From Cetorhinus maximus (lineage: Eukaryota): a stretch of DNA of 64,000 nucleotides. The stretch covers positions 27,590,001 through 27,654,000 of the forward strand of contig NC_135902.1 of the NCBI RefSeq assembly GCF_964194155.1, given 5' to 3'. A program made the position numbers and the translations under genes. Positions within the stretch are counted from its first letter, which is position 1, and the number at the start of each line of letters is the position of its first letter. The notes under the pieces were generated by a model that did not search any database, was not told where the DNA came from, and saw only the letters and a list, made by a program, of their open reading frames with translations. Of this stretch, positions 26,739 to 39,600 are shown in pieces.

Positions 26739-27842
26739 TTAATGTATGAGACTGGAGCTATACAGGCGGCAATTTCAGACAGGTGTCTGCAGAATAACAG
26801 CACAATGATTGTCTTCTTATCTCTCCTTACATTTCCATCAAGGGGTGTTTCCTATTTAAAAAGCTGATTTGATGTTGATATAGTCCACGATACAATCCTG
26901 TGCCAAATGTCGCAGAGATGTCAACTTATTAAATAATGTGTTTTTTCTTAAGCCTCAGGGTATTTAATGAATTCGCTCTTATATCCATAAATTCTACAGC
27001 CAGCATGGCATCTAATTAAAATCTAAATGTCAGACAAACCAGGTTTGTTTTGATTTGAAATATTTTGCAAAAAAATGGAGAATAAAAATGCTTCACTTTA
27101 ATACACAATATGTAAATTATTTTCACCATAGGTCATATGACCCCTTGGGCTATCTTCCATTCAGACATTATTCCTTTCACAAAAAACAGCTTGTTTTAAA
27201 AGAAATCACAGTGGATTGGAAAATAGATTTATTTTCCTTGCATTCTGTAAAGGATGAGGATTTATGATATCCTATATGTGTGTTCCACTATGAGATGGCA
27301 AAGCTAAAAATTAAGGGACGCATAGTTGTCCTACACATGAGTGATACCATTGGTCAAACACTTGCCTGACTTCAGCCACAGAGGAACAATTACCAGAAAG
27401 AGAATGAACCCAGCAGCAGAACTGTAGAGCCTGGAAGACCTGACAAATGGGAATAAACAGGGAGAGAGGGAGAGAGAGAATGCATTGTGGTCAACATCAA
27501 GGTGACAACCTTGGCGCTTTGTAATGGTGATCCTCCTCTTAGATAAGGTGTAAGATTCTTTTGCAATTTGCTGGATTAAAGCTAAGGAAGGGGCAGAGAT
27601 CGAGGGCAACATTTATCTGCTCACCATCTCATTCATACTGAAATATAGAACAGTAGACATCCTTTTTTTTAAAAAATCCCACAAATTGCCTGACTTAATT
27701 TCTGAGCAGCCTCAAAACGGGAATTCAGGTCTCTGGCCAAAAATTTTATTTAAATGTTTAAATCTAGATCCTCCCACAAGTTGTGGAGCCCTGACACAAT
27801 ATTCAGGTAGTAATGGGTGAAGCACTAGTGGTGCCAGACACA

Positions 27843-30608
27843 GGCCGGGATTTTTGAAGCCCGATCATGACAGGCGTGTTCAGTGGGAAGATTGGAGAAG
27901 GTCCTAGTCGTGTTTCCCAATGATGTAAATCCAGGATGTAATTGTCCAATCCCCCGTCAACAACGGGCCGCATCGGGAACATCAGGAACTTAATTTTAAT
28001 AAATTTGCATCTCATTATTGTAGCTACACATTGGAATCATTCCCCCACATCAAATTTAAATCCCATGGCAACATGATATACAACTGCCTTTAAAAGGCGG
28101 GGACCTTAACTTCAAGGGAGGGCCCTCAGAGGTGCGTGCCCACAACTTTCCGCAGTGCCCCCGATGATCCCAGCGTCTCCGTGGATTCGGGGGACACAGG
28201 CAAGTCTCCGTATTGGCATTTTCATGACTGGCTTGTGGTGCCGGAGCAGGGGTGACAGTGCTGGAGAGAAGGGGAAGGAGGGATCATCTGGGCAAGGGCA
28301 ACAGTTGAAGGGGAAGAAGGCAACCTCAGGCCAGGGCGGCTGGGGGGGGGCGTCATGACAGCGCTAACTGAAGTTTAAACACAGACACCTGTCGGGGGAG
28401 GGGTGAGCAAGTGGGGGAGGGAAGAAAATGGCCAAAATAGTGGTAGAACGCGTCAAAGATGAGCACTCCACTGCAGCTGAAAGCATTTAGCTTGAGCTCA
28501 ATTGACATGCTTGGTGTCAGCCTAGTCATGCAAGTGTGCCCACCCAAGCAGCAGTAATTGCTCACAGTGCCAATGATTGCCTCTTGGCTGTTAACCCCTC
28601 GCATGCACACTTCAAACTTGAATGAGTGCTATGCTGCCCAGAACCATGGCACGACTGGGCAAGCCTGAGCAACTTGTTGGGAAAGGTGGCGATCGAACGC
28701 TGAAGGAGGGGTACACCCCTAGTCCCTTGCATTGTGTTTCAGTTCACACTGACCAGCCACCCTCATGATACAAGCAAATCACGAACCCTTGGAGCACAGG
28801 TTAGGAAAATTCCTGCGCTTGCGATGAGAGTTCAGGACGCTGTCACCACTTAATCACGTGGTGTGCAATAAACACTGGACATCCGTGTGACGGCCTGGAC
28901 TCCCTGGCATGCTTTATGCAGCCTTGAGAGGCAGCCGCAGGCGATGACTTGACCAAGAGTGGTCCTTAGTCGACAATTGCTGATCTTCTTATCTCTCTCT
29001 TTGATACTAAAATGAGGAAACAATCAGGAACACGGAGTCTGATGATCTCGCTGTCTGCCTGATTGCCGATAGGCAGGAGGGAAGAAGGAGAAGAATGTGA
29101 CAGGGGCGCCTGGCTCACCAAAGGGAGGTGCAGAACCCTGAAGACCAAGGTTTCACATCTGATTGACACAAACACTGCTCATCATAATAAGGAGCCATAG
29201 ACAAGGGGGAGAATTTTCTCCCCGCTGGGTGGGCCAGTCGGGAGTGGGCACCGGGTGAGCAGCTCCGTGCCTCAGGGAGATTAAGCTCAATTTAAAACGT
29301 GTTTAAAATAAAAAAAATAAAATTATGCAGACATATCCCCTCATGTGACAGTGTCACATGAGCTGGGACATGTTTATGAATTTTAATAAAATTTTTAATT
29401 TAATTTATAAACCCTTCATGAAACCTCATCCCGCCCATGGATGAGGTTTCATGAGAAATGCGAAGGCCGCCTGGGCTCTTCGCCCACCCGAGAACCTTAA
29501 GGTTGGACAGGCTGGCCTGACAATGACTTTAATTAGTTAATTAATGGCCTTAACAGGCCTTTGACAGTTCGGCGGGTGCGCAGCTCACTCCGGTGCACGC
29601 CCGCCGAACTGAAGATCAGAATGACGCACGGTGACGTCGGGACATACGCCCTGTGTCATTGTGCGTCATTTTACACGTCGGCCTGCGGGCCTGACCCCAC
29701 ACACCGAACAGAAGATTCAGCCCAAGGAGACATTCTTGGGAGTTTATTTGTAATGGTCAACATTAAGTACAAGTGATTAACATCCGTGCCCATGTTGTGC
29801 AACTAAATCTTCTTGACCTTTCTAACACTGCCGCTATGTCTTGGTGCAACCTCTACAACCACAGCGGATGAAGAGGCAGCCTGCTGACTGATACACCCTG
29901 TCTGTGATGACCTTGGCAGGTGTCCTCTGGAAGGCCGAGACCCGCCTGCTTTTGGGGTCCTGCTGCGTGGACAGTGGAGCTGGAGCTGCTGGGGTCACAG
30001 GAAGAGGAGGTTCGGATGGGCCGGACACTCCTGGAGTCACCTGGGTGGATGACCCCGGAGTGTGGACCTGCTGATCCTCCTCCCTATGGGTGCCCGAGGG
30101 CCCCTGGCTGACTCCTTGAGAGGAAGGCGCAGCTCGAATGAGCTCAAGATGCCCTGCCTCCCTCTTGCGTTGACACTGATGGATGCTTGCAAGTGCCTCA
30201 GCGATGGAGTGCAGCTCCTGCAGCAGTGCAGGACCAATGTCCTGGACCAAGGACTCCATAGCGGCTGCTATCCTACCAGTGTTGACCTCGGTGCGTTGGC
30301 ATGCTGGCGTGATCACCTCAGCCTGAAGGGAGGGAAGCATCAAGAAATTTGTAGGCCTCATGTTTCCTCCCTTTGGCAGCCATGACTTTTGAGCAGATTC
30401 CAATCCCTTAGAGGGCACCTGCTCTGTGCAGGGGCGCCCTTTAAATATGGTGCCCGGATTACTGAAAGCCTGAGGTGATGGCGGGGCAGAATCAGAGGCT
30501 GCCCCACCAGCAATCTGAGGTGAAATTCGTGCCTCTGCATTTTTTCAACAAAGTGCCGCAGGATATGGCGGATAATGGGCTTTGCTAATTTCTGGGGTAA
30601 TTCTACCC
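27843..30608 (-). mobile_element. Composite degenerate Harbinger with C-terminal remnant of the Myb/SANT partner gene on the minus strand
   Basis: Ends ggccgggattttt and ggggtaattctaccc. Minus ORF 29834-30418 (GRIAAAMESLVQ...PSSQGVSQGPSG...TPGSSTQ) is homologous to 34260-34560. TATA-like ccatatttaaa on the minus strand at about 30440-30450. Confidence 0.6.
29206..29723. mobile_element. Harbinger MITE (family A), internally deleted, nested in 27843-30608
   Basis: TIRs GGGGAGAATTTT and AAGATTCAGCCC with TSD AAG (29203-29205, 29724-29726). Hairpins present; opposite orientation to the 20087 copy. Confidence 0.9.
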
Positions 30609-30689
30609 GTAGTGTGGCCTAAGCAGCTATCCTTAACAGCAGCTGACCACCCTAAGAACAGGATAAAGACAAAGCTGTCACTGAATTTG

Positions 30690-31284
30690 GTGGGGCTAGG
30701 ATGCATCCATGCTTCTCCTGGACCTACAGTTACCTCATGGAGTGGAAGGCCCAGGCACCATATTTAAAGGGCACCCGGAGAGCCTGCACCACCCCATCAA
30801 ACTTGCCTGTTCACTGCTCCACCTTTCCCCATTATCCCTTCCTCCCTCCCCTGGTCATCCTCCACGCAACTTGCACAGCCACCACCCGGTCTCAAGCATA
30901 GGCTGGCATTTACAGACACTCCCCAAAGAGGACAATGCAGCAGCAACTCACCGTTAATCATGGGAGAAGTCGGTCTAGTCAGGTGCACGCCACTTATGTG
31001 CGGTTGTAAAAGTGAACATCCTAATTTCTCACTGGTGGGGAACATACTTTTGGGGGGGGGGGGGGGGGGTGGGGGCGGGGAGCTTAATTCCGGCAAAGGT
31101 GGTCTTTTAATGAGCATGTAAAAGGGCTTCTTGACATTGTTCTTTAACCCGTCTTTGAAGTCCTGAGACTGTAACATGCCAAAGTTCATCCCACTGTTGG
31201 GAAGCTGATTTTTGTCCTCATGCCAGATTAAGTTCCGCTGCCCACCCAGCTTCCCGCTGCTGGTGGGACCGGACGGTTCTGCCC
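30690..31284. mobile_element. Harbinger-type terminal fragment
   Basis: ggcaccatatttaaagggcacc motif at about 30755-30775 and end ggttctgccc at 31284. Confidence 0.45.
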
Positions 31285-33023
31285 ATAGTCCTTGTGTTAT
31301 TAGGGAGTCCGCACTTTACAAAACTTGCCAGAGATGCAAGTAACTTGTTCTTCCCTTCGCAAGATCTTTCATTCAATACACGTTTTTATTCGTTGCTCAG
31401 CGTTAATTATTTAAGATGCAACCAATTCATTATTTTTTCATTCTTCCCTCCTCCTTTCCCAAAAAATAATCCTTTCTTTTTCTCAGATATTTGCATAATT
31501 ACTAAGAATTTCTTTTTTCCCTTTACCCGACATGGCGGGTTTGCAGTTTTTGTGGAATTTTTGGTCAAACTCTGCACCTGGACTAGGAGGCTATCCATTG
31601 TTTACGCTCCGACAATGAGCACCTTGGCCAAATGCACCATTCACCTGGCTTGGCTGATAGACACAGGGATGGATTTTCAACTTGCCACCTCGGTATCAAA
31701 CTGGCGTTTCAGATCAGCAGCTCCTTCAGCAACACCCGATTTTCCATTTGTTTTTCCATCAGAAAAACACAACAACATCGCAGATCTGACAGCAACGCCC
31801 CACTGCCATCAAACAGATAGCAATGCAACTTAAACACTCTTTGCTTGCTCCTCAGCACAGATGGTGTTGGTACTATTCGAAAACTGTTAATGTAACGGGA
31901 ATAATAAGTAGGCCAACATCAGTGGATATAATCAATGAATAACTTAACACACACACTGTCAAAAGAATAATGAGGTCTTTTTGCAAAAAGCGGGTGTTGA
32001 AAATGAAGGAACTGGGAAGGAAAATGGCTCAGCTATAAAGGGTAGAAATTGTGCTGTGTCTTGCATGGTTGTCAAAGTCTAGAATGGGCCAATTCAGGGG
32101 TGTGTTGGAAAAATGCCAGAAGTGCAAGCAACCTTACATTTGTCCAGGCCCTCAGCTGAGATCCCCAACAGCTTCCTGCAGGTCTGTTCTGTTTCTATCG
32201 ATGACCTTCATTATCTTGTGATCTTGTCTTAAATATTTGTGTAAATGTACATGAAGTCCTTAAATGTGAAACAATTTAATAGGTCCACAAAGAAAATACA
32301 CATAGGGGTAATCTGGGTGCACCACCAGATACCCATGCCCCTTAGAGACTCACAGATACACCAGTCCTGTATACTTACGTAATGGTACCTAAACATGAGC
32401 ATGTATTGTAAATAGTTATACTTCTCTGGAAGGGAGAAAGTATCTTTAAAAAGAAAGGGGGGAATCCTGCAATATGCCTTTAAGGGATAGCAGTGTGCCA
32501 TCACTAGGAGGAAAGGGGAAAGTGTGTCATGTGATCGAGGCCCAGTTTCACTTTGGACTGTAAGCAGAAAACAGCACGCACAGCTCTGCTGCTGATGTCT
32601 TCAAGCTTTCTATGCACATATATATGTTCTGATGTGCCTAGTTTAAATAAATGAATCCATAACATGTTTACACAATCCTTATATATCATTATAAAGACAC
32701 GACAATCAACAGATTTTTTGTTAGCTAAGGGCATCAGGAATAAGGCGGAATCGTCCCAGAGTTGCACTAAGTGCAGTGGCGGGGGGGGTAAAACAACGTT
32801 TTCCCTGCTAACCGCAATGGTGGCTTCTCACACTGTATTGTCCCAAGCCCGCCGCATTAATTATGCATTCCCAGGAAACACGCCATTTCCATGGTGGGCG
32901 GGTTCCCATTCAACCTCCACACCTTCACCTCACCGCTTCATCACGTTGGGCACCACATTTAAAGTGTAGCTGTGCACAGACAGCTCAGTGCTTCCAGCCC
33001 AGGACTGCCACATGGAAGACAGG

Positions 33024-34580
33024 ATGGCCCCGAAAGACAAAAAGACTGCAGCCCCCCCTCTTCAATGACGCATCCCTCAAGCGCCTTTTGAATGCCGTGG
33101 AGGCCCACCGTGATGTCCTCTACCCCCGCCCTGGCCGCAGGATGGCAGCTGCATCACCAATCCAGTATGGGGGGCAGTGGCAGCAGTGTCAGCGCCAATG
33201 CCCAGGAAAAGAGGACAGACACCCAGTGCCACTACAGGATGAATGGTCTCATCCGTTCCGCCAGGGTAACTTGTTCTTCTCATCACTTTCAACTCACACA
33301 TTCACAAACCCATCATACATCTACAGGGATCTTACACCTCAAGGGACAACACCACTAACTCTCACACACACCCTCGCATCTCCATCAGGCTCATACCCTC
33401 TCAAGCTCACATCCTCATCCTGTCCATGGCTCCACTCACAACACAAACATTCCATGCAGTGCCATGTGTCCTGCTCACACTCTCTCCATTTGATTCCTCT
33501 CAGGAGAAGCCTGCTCACATCAGCAGGGAAAGGTCCCAGACTAGGGGTGGAGTGGCCCACATTAGGCCCCTCACTCACTTTAAGGAGTGTGACATCACGC
33601 TGACTGGTGAGGACATGGACCCTGCCTGCGGTGACGGTGAGGTCGGCGGTGAACACCCACAAGAGGATCCTGCACCTCATCATCCCTCCCTCAATGTAAC
33701 TGTGAGTGCTCTCTCCTGCTTTTGACTCTGCTGCCATGCACTAATTATCTCTACTTTGGTTCAGAGGGAGATCTGCCAAGCGACCTACAATCTCAGCCAG
33801 CCAATCCCTCAGCTCCATCCACATCCTCATCTCCAGCCAAGAAGACACCTTCTCCATTGGAGAGCTGGAAATAAGCAGCCTGGAAGACCCGTCACAGCGC
33901 TTACCCACACCCTGGATCAGCGCAGAGACACACACCTCGGTGGGACCTAGATCTAGAGCAGCCTCGGGTTCACAATCTGATGGTCACTGCATGGACACAT
34001 GTCCGCAGGAGGAGGAGGCAGGCTCAGCCAAGCTCCCTGGCACTTGGAGGGCTGCTGGGGAATTGGCATCTGCGAGTCCGAGTCAGATGAAGAGCCTCTG
34101 GATTCAGCCTTCCAACTCATCCTGGAGAGTCAGCAGAAGGTGTGGGACCGTCACACAGAGCTGTTGGAAGCCCTCAACTGAGTAGCACATGAGTCGGACG
34201 AGTGCGTCCGCCTGCTCTCTGGTGAACTGGTGCCCACATGTGCGTGTATGAATGTCTCCATGGGGAGGATGACGGACGCCATGGAGACCCTGGTCCAGTA
34301 GAACACAGGTGTATGCAGACCTGCACTGCATCGTGGGAGCCATGGGTGAGTTCCTGCAGTGGTGATGCGAGAGGGAAACGGGGCACCTCGATGTTCCTCC
34401 ATGTGCTCCTTCCCCTCAAGGAGTCAGGCCCGCGCCCTCAGGCATCCAAGAGGAGGAGGAGTGGCAGCTGGACACCCCTGGGTCATCTACTCAGGAATCT
34501 CAGAGGCTGTCCTCTCCCTCTGAGTCCCCTTTGCCTGTGAGCCCCTCAACCTTGTCCTCTGTCACTGCAGAGGGAGCAGC
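33024..34580 (+). pseudogene. Myb/SANT-like (NAIF1/MSANTD-type) Harbinger DNA-binding protein, spliced and decayed
   Basis: Exon 1 33024-33265 (MAPKDKKTAAPLFNDASLKRLLNAVEAHRDVLYP...KRTDTQCHYRMNGLIRSAR, GT at 33266). Exon 2 from 33504 (EKPAHISRERSQTRGG, like the RRERxxTGGG motif). Probable exon 3 from about 33765 with a coiled-coil-like SAFQLILESQQKVWDRHTELLEALN. Frameshifts and stops present. Confidence 0.8.
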
Positions 34581-34859
34581 CAGCTGATGAGTGATTCTGG
34601 AGGGAGAAGTGTGTGTGTGTGGCAGGGCCTTTTGGAGCCTCGTGCAAGCTCTCTCCCACTCACACGGATCCTTCCTGTATCACACTCACCTCAACGTCCT
34701 GAGCATTTTCAGTGCTGCCTGCTGGGGTTCACTTTCAGTTGTCCATCTGAGTTGACCTGCATCTCCACCCACCCACTGATCACACTCCCATGCAGCACCT
34801 GATCTCACCCACCACGACTCTCATTTCACTTTCTGTTTAGACAGCATGGTCTGGATTCG

Positions 34860-36060
34860 GTTTTTCATGCCTCCATCTTTTCCCCTCCCCCAATACCCAT
34901 TTCCTTTCTCCCATCACTGTTGACCGACCCCACCCTGGGATCACCTTCCACCTCCCCTCCGTGACCTACCAGCCGCAGCCCTTTTCTTTCAGGGATGTCC
35001 AGGTAAACATGCACGTTCCCTTCCTTCCCGAAAACCCCACCCCCATCCACATTCACCTCCCTGACCTCCTCCTTCCCACCCCCAGGGTCCGTGTCTGCCT
35101 CCGAGTCCCCACCAACCACCCTCGCCGTTACCTTCGAACCCTCACCCTCCCACCCTCCCACCTCACTCTGCCCTCGGCCATTCCCTCGTTCCACACCCAT
35201 CCTCAGTTCACTCCCCAGGAGGCAATCATGGTCTCATCAGAGCCCTCCCCTGCACATTCACCTGGACAGCCCCCTCTGGACCCCTTCCCTCCTCCGCACC
35301 CCTTCCCCACTTGGAACCTCTTCACCCCTTTGAACCGCTTCCATCCTCCAGACCCCGTCCCCCCTTGGAACCCCTTCCCCCCTCCAGACCACTTCCCCCC
35401 TTGGAGCCACTTCCACCCTTGGAAACCACCACCCCCCACCTTGGAATCCCTCCCCCCTGCCAGACTCCCCTCCTTGGTCCTGCCCACTCCCCGCACCCCT
35501 CCCCCCCGCCAGACTCTACCGCCGCTTAGTCCCTCTCCATTCCTGACTCCTTCAGGCACCCTTACTTCTACCGCCACCCTTAGTCCTCCCCCACCGACTC
35601 TTTCCTCCAGCCTTATTTCTTCCTCCAGCATTATTCCTTCCCCCTTCCTGACTCCTTCAGGCACCCTTACTTCTTCCCCTCCCTTCACGCCTTCCTCCTC
35701 CCAGACTTCCTCCCCTCTTCACATTCCTTCCTGCCCCAGACTCCTTCCCCCCTCCGAACTCCTTCCCTTACACCTTCCACCCCACTTACACCCACCTCCC
35801 CAGTTGCTGTCTTCTCCTGTTACCTCCTCCTTCCCCCATAATCCCTCCCCCCTCACCCCTCCCCGACACCTTCATTCCCCCCTCCCAACCTCACTCCATC
35901 CTGACACCTTCATTCCCCCCATTCCCAACCTCACCCCATCCTGACACTCTTCTTCTCCCAATCGACCCTAGACCTTCCTCTCCCATCCCCCAGTACATCT
36001 TCCTCTCCTAAACACAGCTAGACCTTCCTCTCCACCCCCTCGACCATCATCCATTATGAG
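34860..36060. repeat. C-rich low-complexity tract with degenerate short repeats
   Basis: Repeated cccttggaaccccttcccc-like units and a duplicated ttcctgactccttcaggcacccttacttct (about 35540 and 35645). Confidence 0.8.
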
Positions 36061-36539
36061 CAGACCCTCAATGGTGACTTTCCAACTTCCGTAAGCTGGA
36101 CCATATCCATGAGAACCCACCAATCCATGCCATGGATCTTCCTCCAGGATCCCGTTGCTGTCGGGTTCCAGCATCTCCTGATCCTCGGATGTCAGCAATG
36201 TGAGCAAGGCCCTGGCGGTAAGTCCCTGCTTCTGCACGTCACACTTGTCAGGACGTGTTTTGCACTGGCGTGTAATCACACTGTCATGGACAGACAATCC
36301 AGCACTGGTGAGGGGGATGGGTCCAGTGGGCTGGCCTTATAATGATATGCGGGTGTATTACAATGATGTTCCCGACATCCAGTGGTGGGGAACGCGGCCC
36401 TCCATCGACAGGCTGAGTGGATGATCGCAAACTGGTTTCACGACGTCACAAAACCGATTTCTGGCCTTCCTGCCATATTGTCCGCTCACACCGAAGACAC
36501 CCGATGCTAGCCACATGGACAATTCTGCCCAAGGTGATA

Positions 36540-36640
36540 AGACATATAAATAGAGTAGAGTTGCAGATCAGCTTTAATCTTATTGAATGGCTGAACAAGC
36601 TCAAGGAGCCAAATGGTTGAATCCTGTTCCCAATGTCTCT
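36540..36640 (+). mobile_element. CR1 3' UTR tail fragment
   Basis: agatcagctttaatcttattgaatggc...gctcaaggagccaaatgg...tcctgttcc matches the tail at 43284-43365. A similar piece lies at about 52470-52540. Confidence 0.55.
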
Positions 36641-39600
36641 ATGTTGCTAAATCCTGACATGAAGGACAATGTATGGCAGCTTTGATGTGGCATCACATTA
36701 ATACACCTATTGTTGACCTACAAGACGATATTGCGATATAATATAAATGAGAGTCAAGGGTAAGTACAATATTTGTAGTGACTTTCACATAATATCAGTG
36801 CCCCAAAGCCTAAAGAGGTGGTCATAATTGTTTATTAATATCTAATCAAGCATTATTAAATATGATTTAATCAAACAGTGTTAAGTTATGTGTGGCTACT
36901 GGTCAGCAGAAACCTTTCATAAAATTTACCAAAATTAATGTTCAACCTTGGAATGTTTCATTGTTCCATGTTGTGGTTGACGAGAGAAAATCCCAGGCAG
37001 TTTGGAGATGTACGTTTTCACTTGCAAAATGGTCAATTTAGTCTGTAGCTTCAACTTGTCCCAAAATGGTCCCAGGTTTGCCAAAACAAATCCTGAACCA
37101 GCACCTTCATAGTTGATTGTTGCCTGAAATACGAGTTTGCGTCACTGCAAGGTTGTTGTGGGGAATTCGGGAAGCAATGGAGAAGTCACTGCACATTTTT
37201 AATGAAGCAAGGTTGTCAGTACTCATAATTGTAATTTAAAGGCAAAAATGAACTCACAAATGTGTCTACCTAAACTTTTGCATAACTGGTTTAGCACACA
37301 CCTTCATTTTCCGCTAAAGCAATACATTTTGTGCAGACATCCATAATAAACATAATCCAGTGGCTATTATTTTTGCTAGTCCTTTTTAAAGAGTACTTAA
37401 GATAACTTAAGGGGACCTTTACATTAGGTGGATGTATCTTTTCATAGGATTTGTGAAGGCAATGGGCAACTGAAGTAAAATTCCAATTATATAAGTTTTG
37501 GAAAAGAGATATACATCACTGTCTTTGCACTGTTTATTTTTATTATGTTCTCCCTCTTTTCCTTTGAATGTATCCAAATCCATCTGCTGTTATACCTCGG
37601 CTTGAAAGTATGCAGCCTCTACCTTTCCTATCAGTGATTGTAAATTGTATATCCTTAGGCCACTAATAGAGGCAGACAGATTGCTTTTCAGTAGCCAACT
37701 GAATTCCTTCAGCCAATATTTTAAAGTTAGTAAGAATATAGATATACCTAGCACTGTGTTTAGACCTTAGTATTTCATCTAAAGTTGTGTTGTTTATGGT
37801 GCCGTAGGCAAGAGCAGTAAATTTATTACAAGGCAACTTAAACAGTTTATAACAGTTAATCTTATTGTGGACTGCAAATAACACACTGCAACTGCCTTGC
37901 AATAAGTAGACTTATGTGGACGCAAGTGTCACTGGATATTTTTTTCCAGATTTATAACATTTTCCTTTGCACTGTTATCCAGTACCATCATTGCTGCTTA
38001 GCTTTATTTTCTTCCTACAGTAGGAAAATAAGGTGTAGATTACTTTGCAGTTGGCACTGATTGTACTCAATGGCTGACTTGAAGTATACTCAATAGCTGT
38101 CCTAAAATAGATGTCATGCAGAGGGTAGAATACAAAAAGTAATCTTACCCTTTTTTTATATGGAGTTGATTGAGTTCTCTAAGTAATGGATTGCCAGTTA
38201 ATCCAGTGGCAGCAATTGTTTGTAATTCTATTCCAATTTATTCCCAATATTCTCCGAGTTAAATGATTTCATTCTTGCAGGATGAACGTACAGATTGTTA
38301 TAACTTTTGAGGTGGTTACTTCACAATTGGTCACTGCTTTAGGGATTGTATTCTCCTGATGCTATAACTTGAGTTGAAGATCAGTGAGAACCTTGTTTAT
38401 GGGTCTACTCCATGCTAATCAACTGCCAACTTTACGACAGCTGGTCAGGTGAAACCCACAGGAAATTCATGATGTGAGAGTTGTACTTCTAACCAATCCC
38501 ACAGGCCAGTGCTTGCCCTCTGTATAGGATGAAGATTTGAAATCTTGTTATTTACTATGTGGAATATTCAAGATAAGAACCCAAGAAATAAATTCATCCA
38601 GTTAAAACCAAGCAATTCTGAGCGTCTGTCATGCACACCAATGACCAATGAAACAAGGCACTTTGACATTAAATTACTTGGCCACTGATAATTCTCAAAG
38701 TTTAGTTTGCTCCAATTACCAACATATTCAAAAACATTTGCATAGTAGGATTCCTTAGTGGCCGGAAAGTTTGAGGTGGGCTGTGCACAATTGTAAAAAA
38801 TTTCATCTCATAACACAGACGATAAAAATCAGATATTTGAATAATCGAATTTGAAGAAATGACATTCAGATAAGTATAATATGTGGCACAAATTGTGGTT
38901 ACTTCACAGCCACTGGCTGCCATTTAAATCTTCCAAGCTGCCAGGGATAAACTCTCAAGCAGTTTCTGAGTCTGAATTGATGTAGATTGGTTCGTATTTA
39001 TGCAAATTTTCTCAACCCAGATCAATTCAGCCTTGGGATGCCGAATCTTCTAATTCCATGTAAGTAGAATGACAGGTGTTGTCACAGATAATGACTGGAG
39101 CTATCTGTAAAGCCAACTGCACTGTTATGAAATTTACATTGAGATTTAGAAGCACAGAAATTATAATTCAAACCCATATTTAAGCAAGTTTGGTTCTTCC
39201 CACAAGCCGCAAGCTAACGGTGTCGGCTGAGCACTACAGCCCTCAGATCTAGGCAGTTTTTATGATTGGCAGGCATCGATACATTGTTAGCACCCACATT
39301 GCTGAAGAATATTAACTCTGCTCCTAACCCATGGAGTATAACTTTGTCAAGACTGAGGCAAAGTGCTGCTCTGGATAAAGTAGAGGCAATGGAGTTAAAT
39401 GTTGATGAAAAAGGACAATCAGTAGGTAGCACTGTACATGACATATTTAACAAAGAATACCACCACATATTGACAAAGTTTTTTTTTAAAAACACTGTTA
39501 AATTCCCCTCACAATGGAAGTGTACCTCACCTGAATGACAAACACAACATTTCCTCATTTACATCAAGTTTCCTAGCATGGGACTATATACAATAGATAT

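Larger units (their letters stand above)
32744..36530 (+). mobile_element. Harbinger (family B), about 3.8 kb, with a multi-exon Myb/SANT partner gene and no recognisable transposase
   Basis: Ends ggcggaatcgtcc and ggacaattctgccc. The subtermini are colinear with 25495-26738 and 2620-3785. Confidence 0.82.

Noticed and set aside
34961-35944. 327-aa proline-rich ORF
   Set aside because: Product of C-rich low-complexity DNA that lacks stop codons by composition; no domain recognised.
35968-36297. Possible transposase N-terminus on the minus strand of the family B element
   Set aside because: No Harbinger transposase motif recognisable.
39266-39538. 90-aa ORF in apparently unique DNA
   Set aside because: Non-ATG start, no recognisable homology or convincing splice signals.
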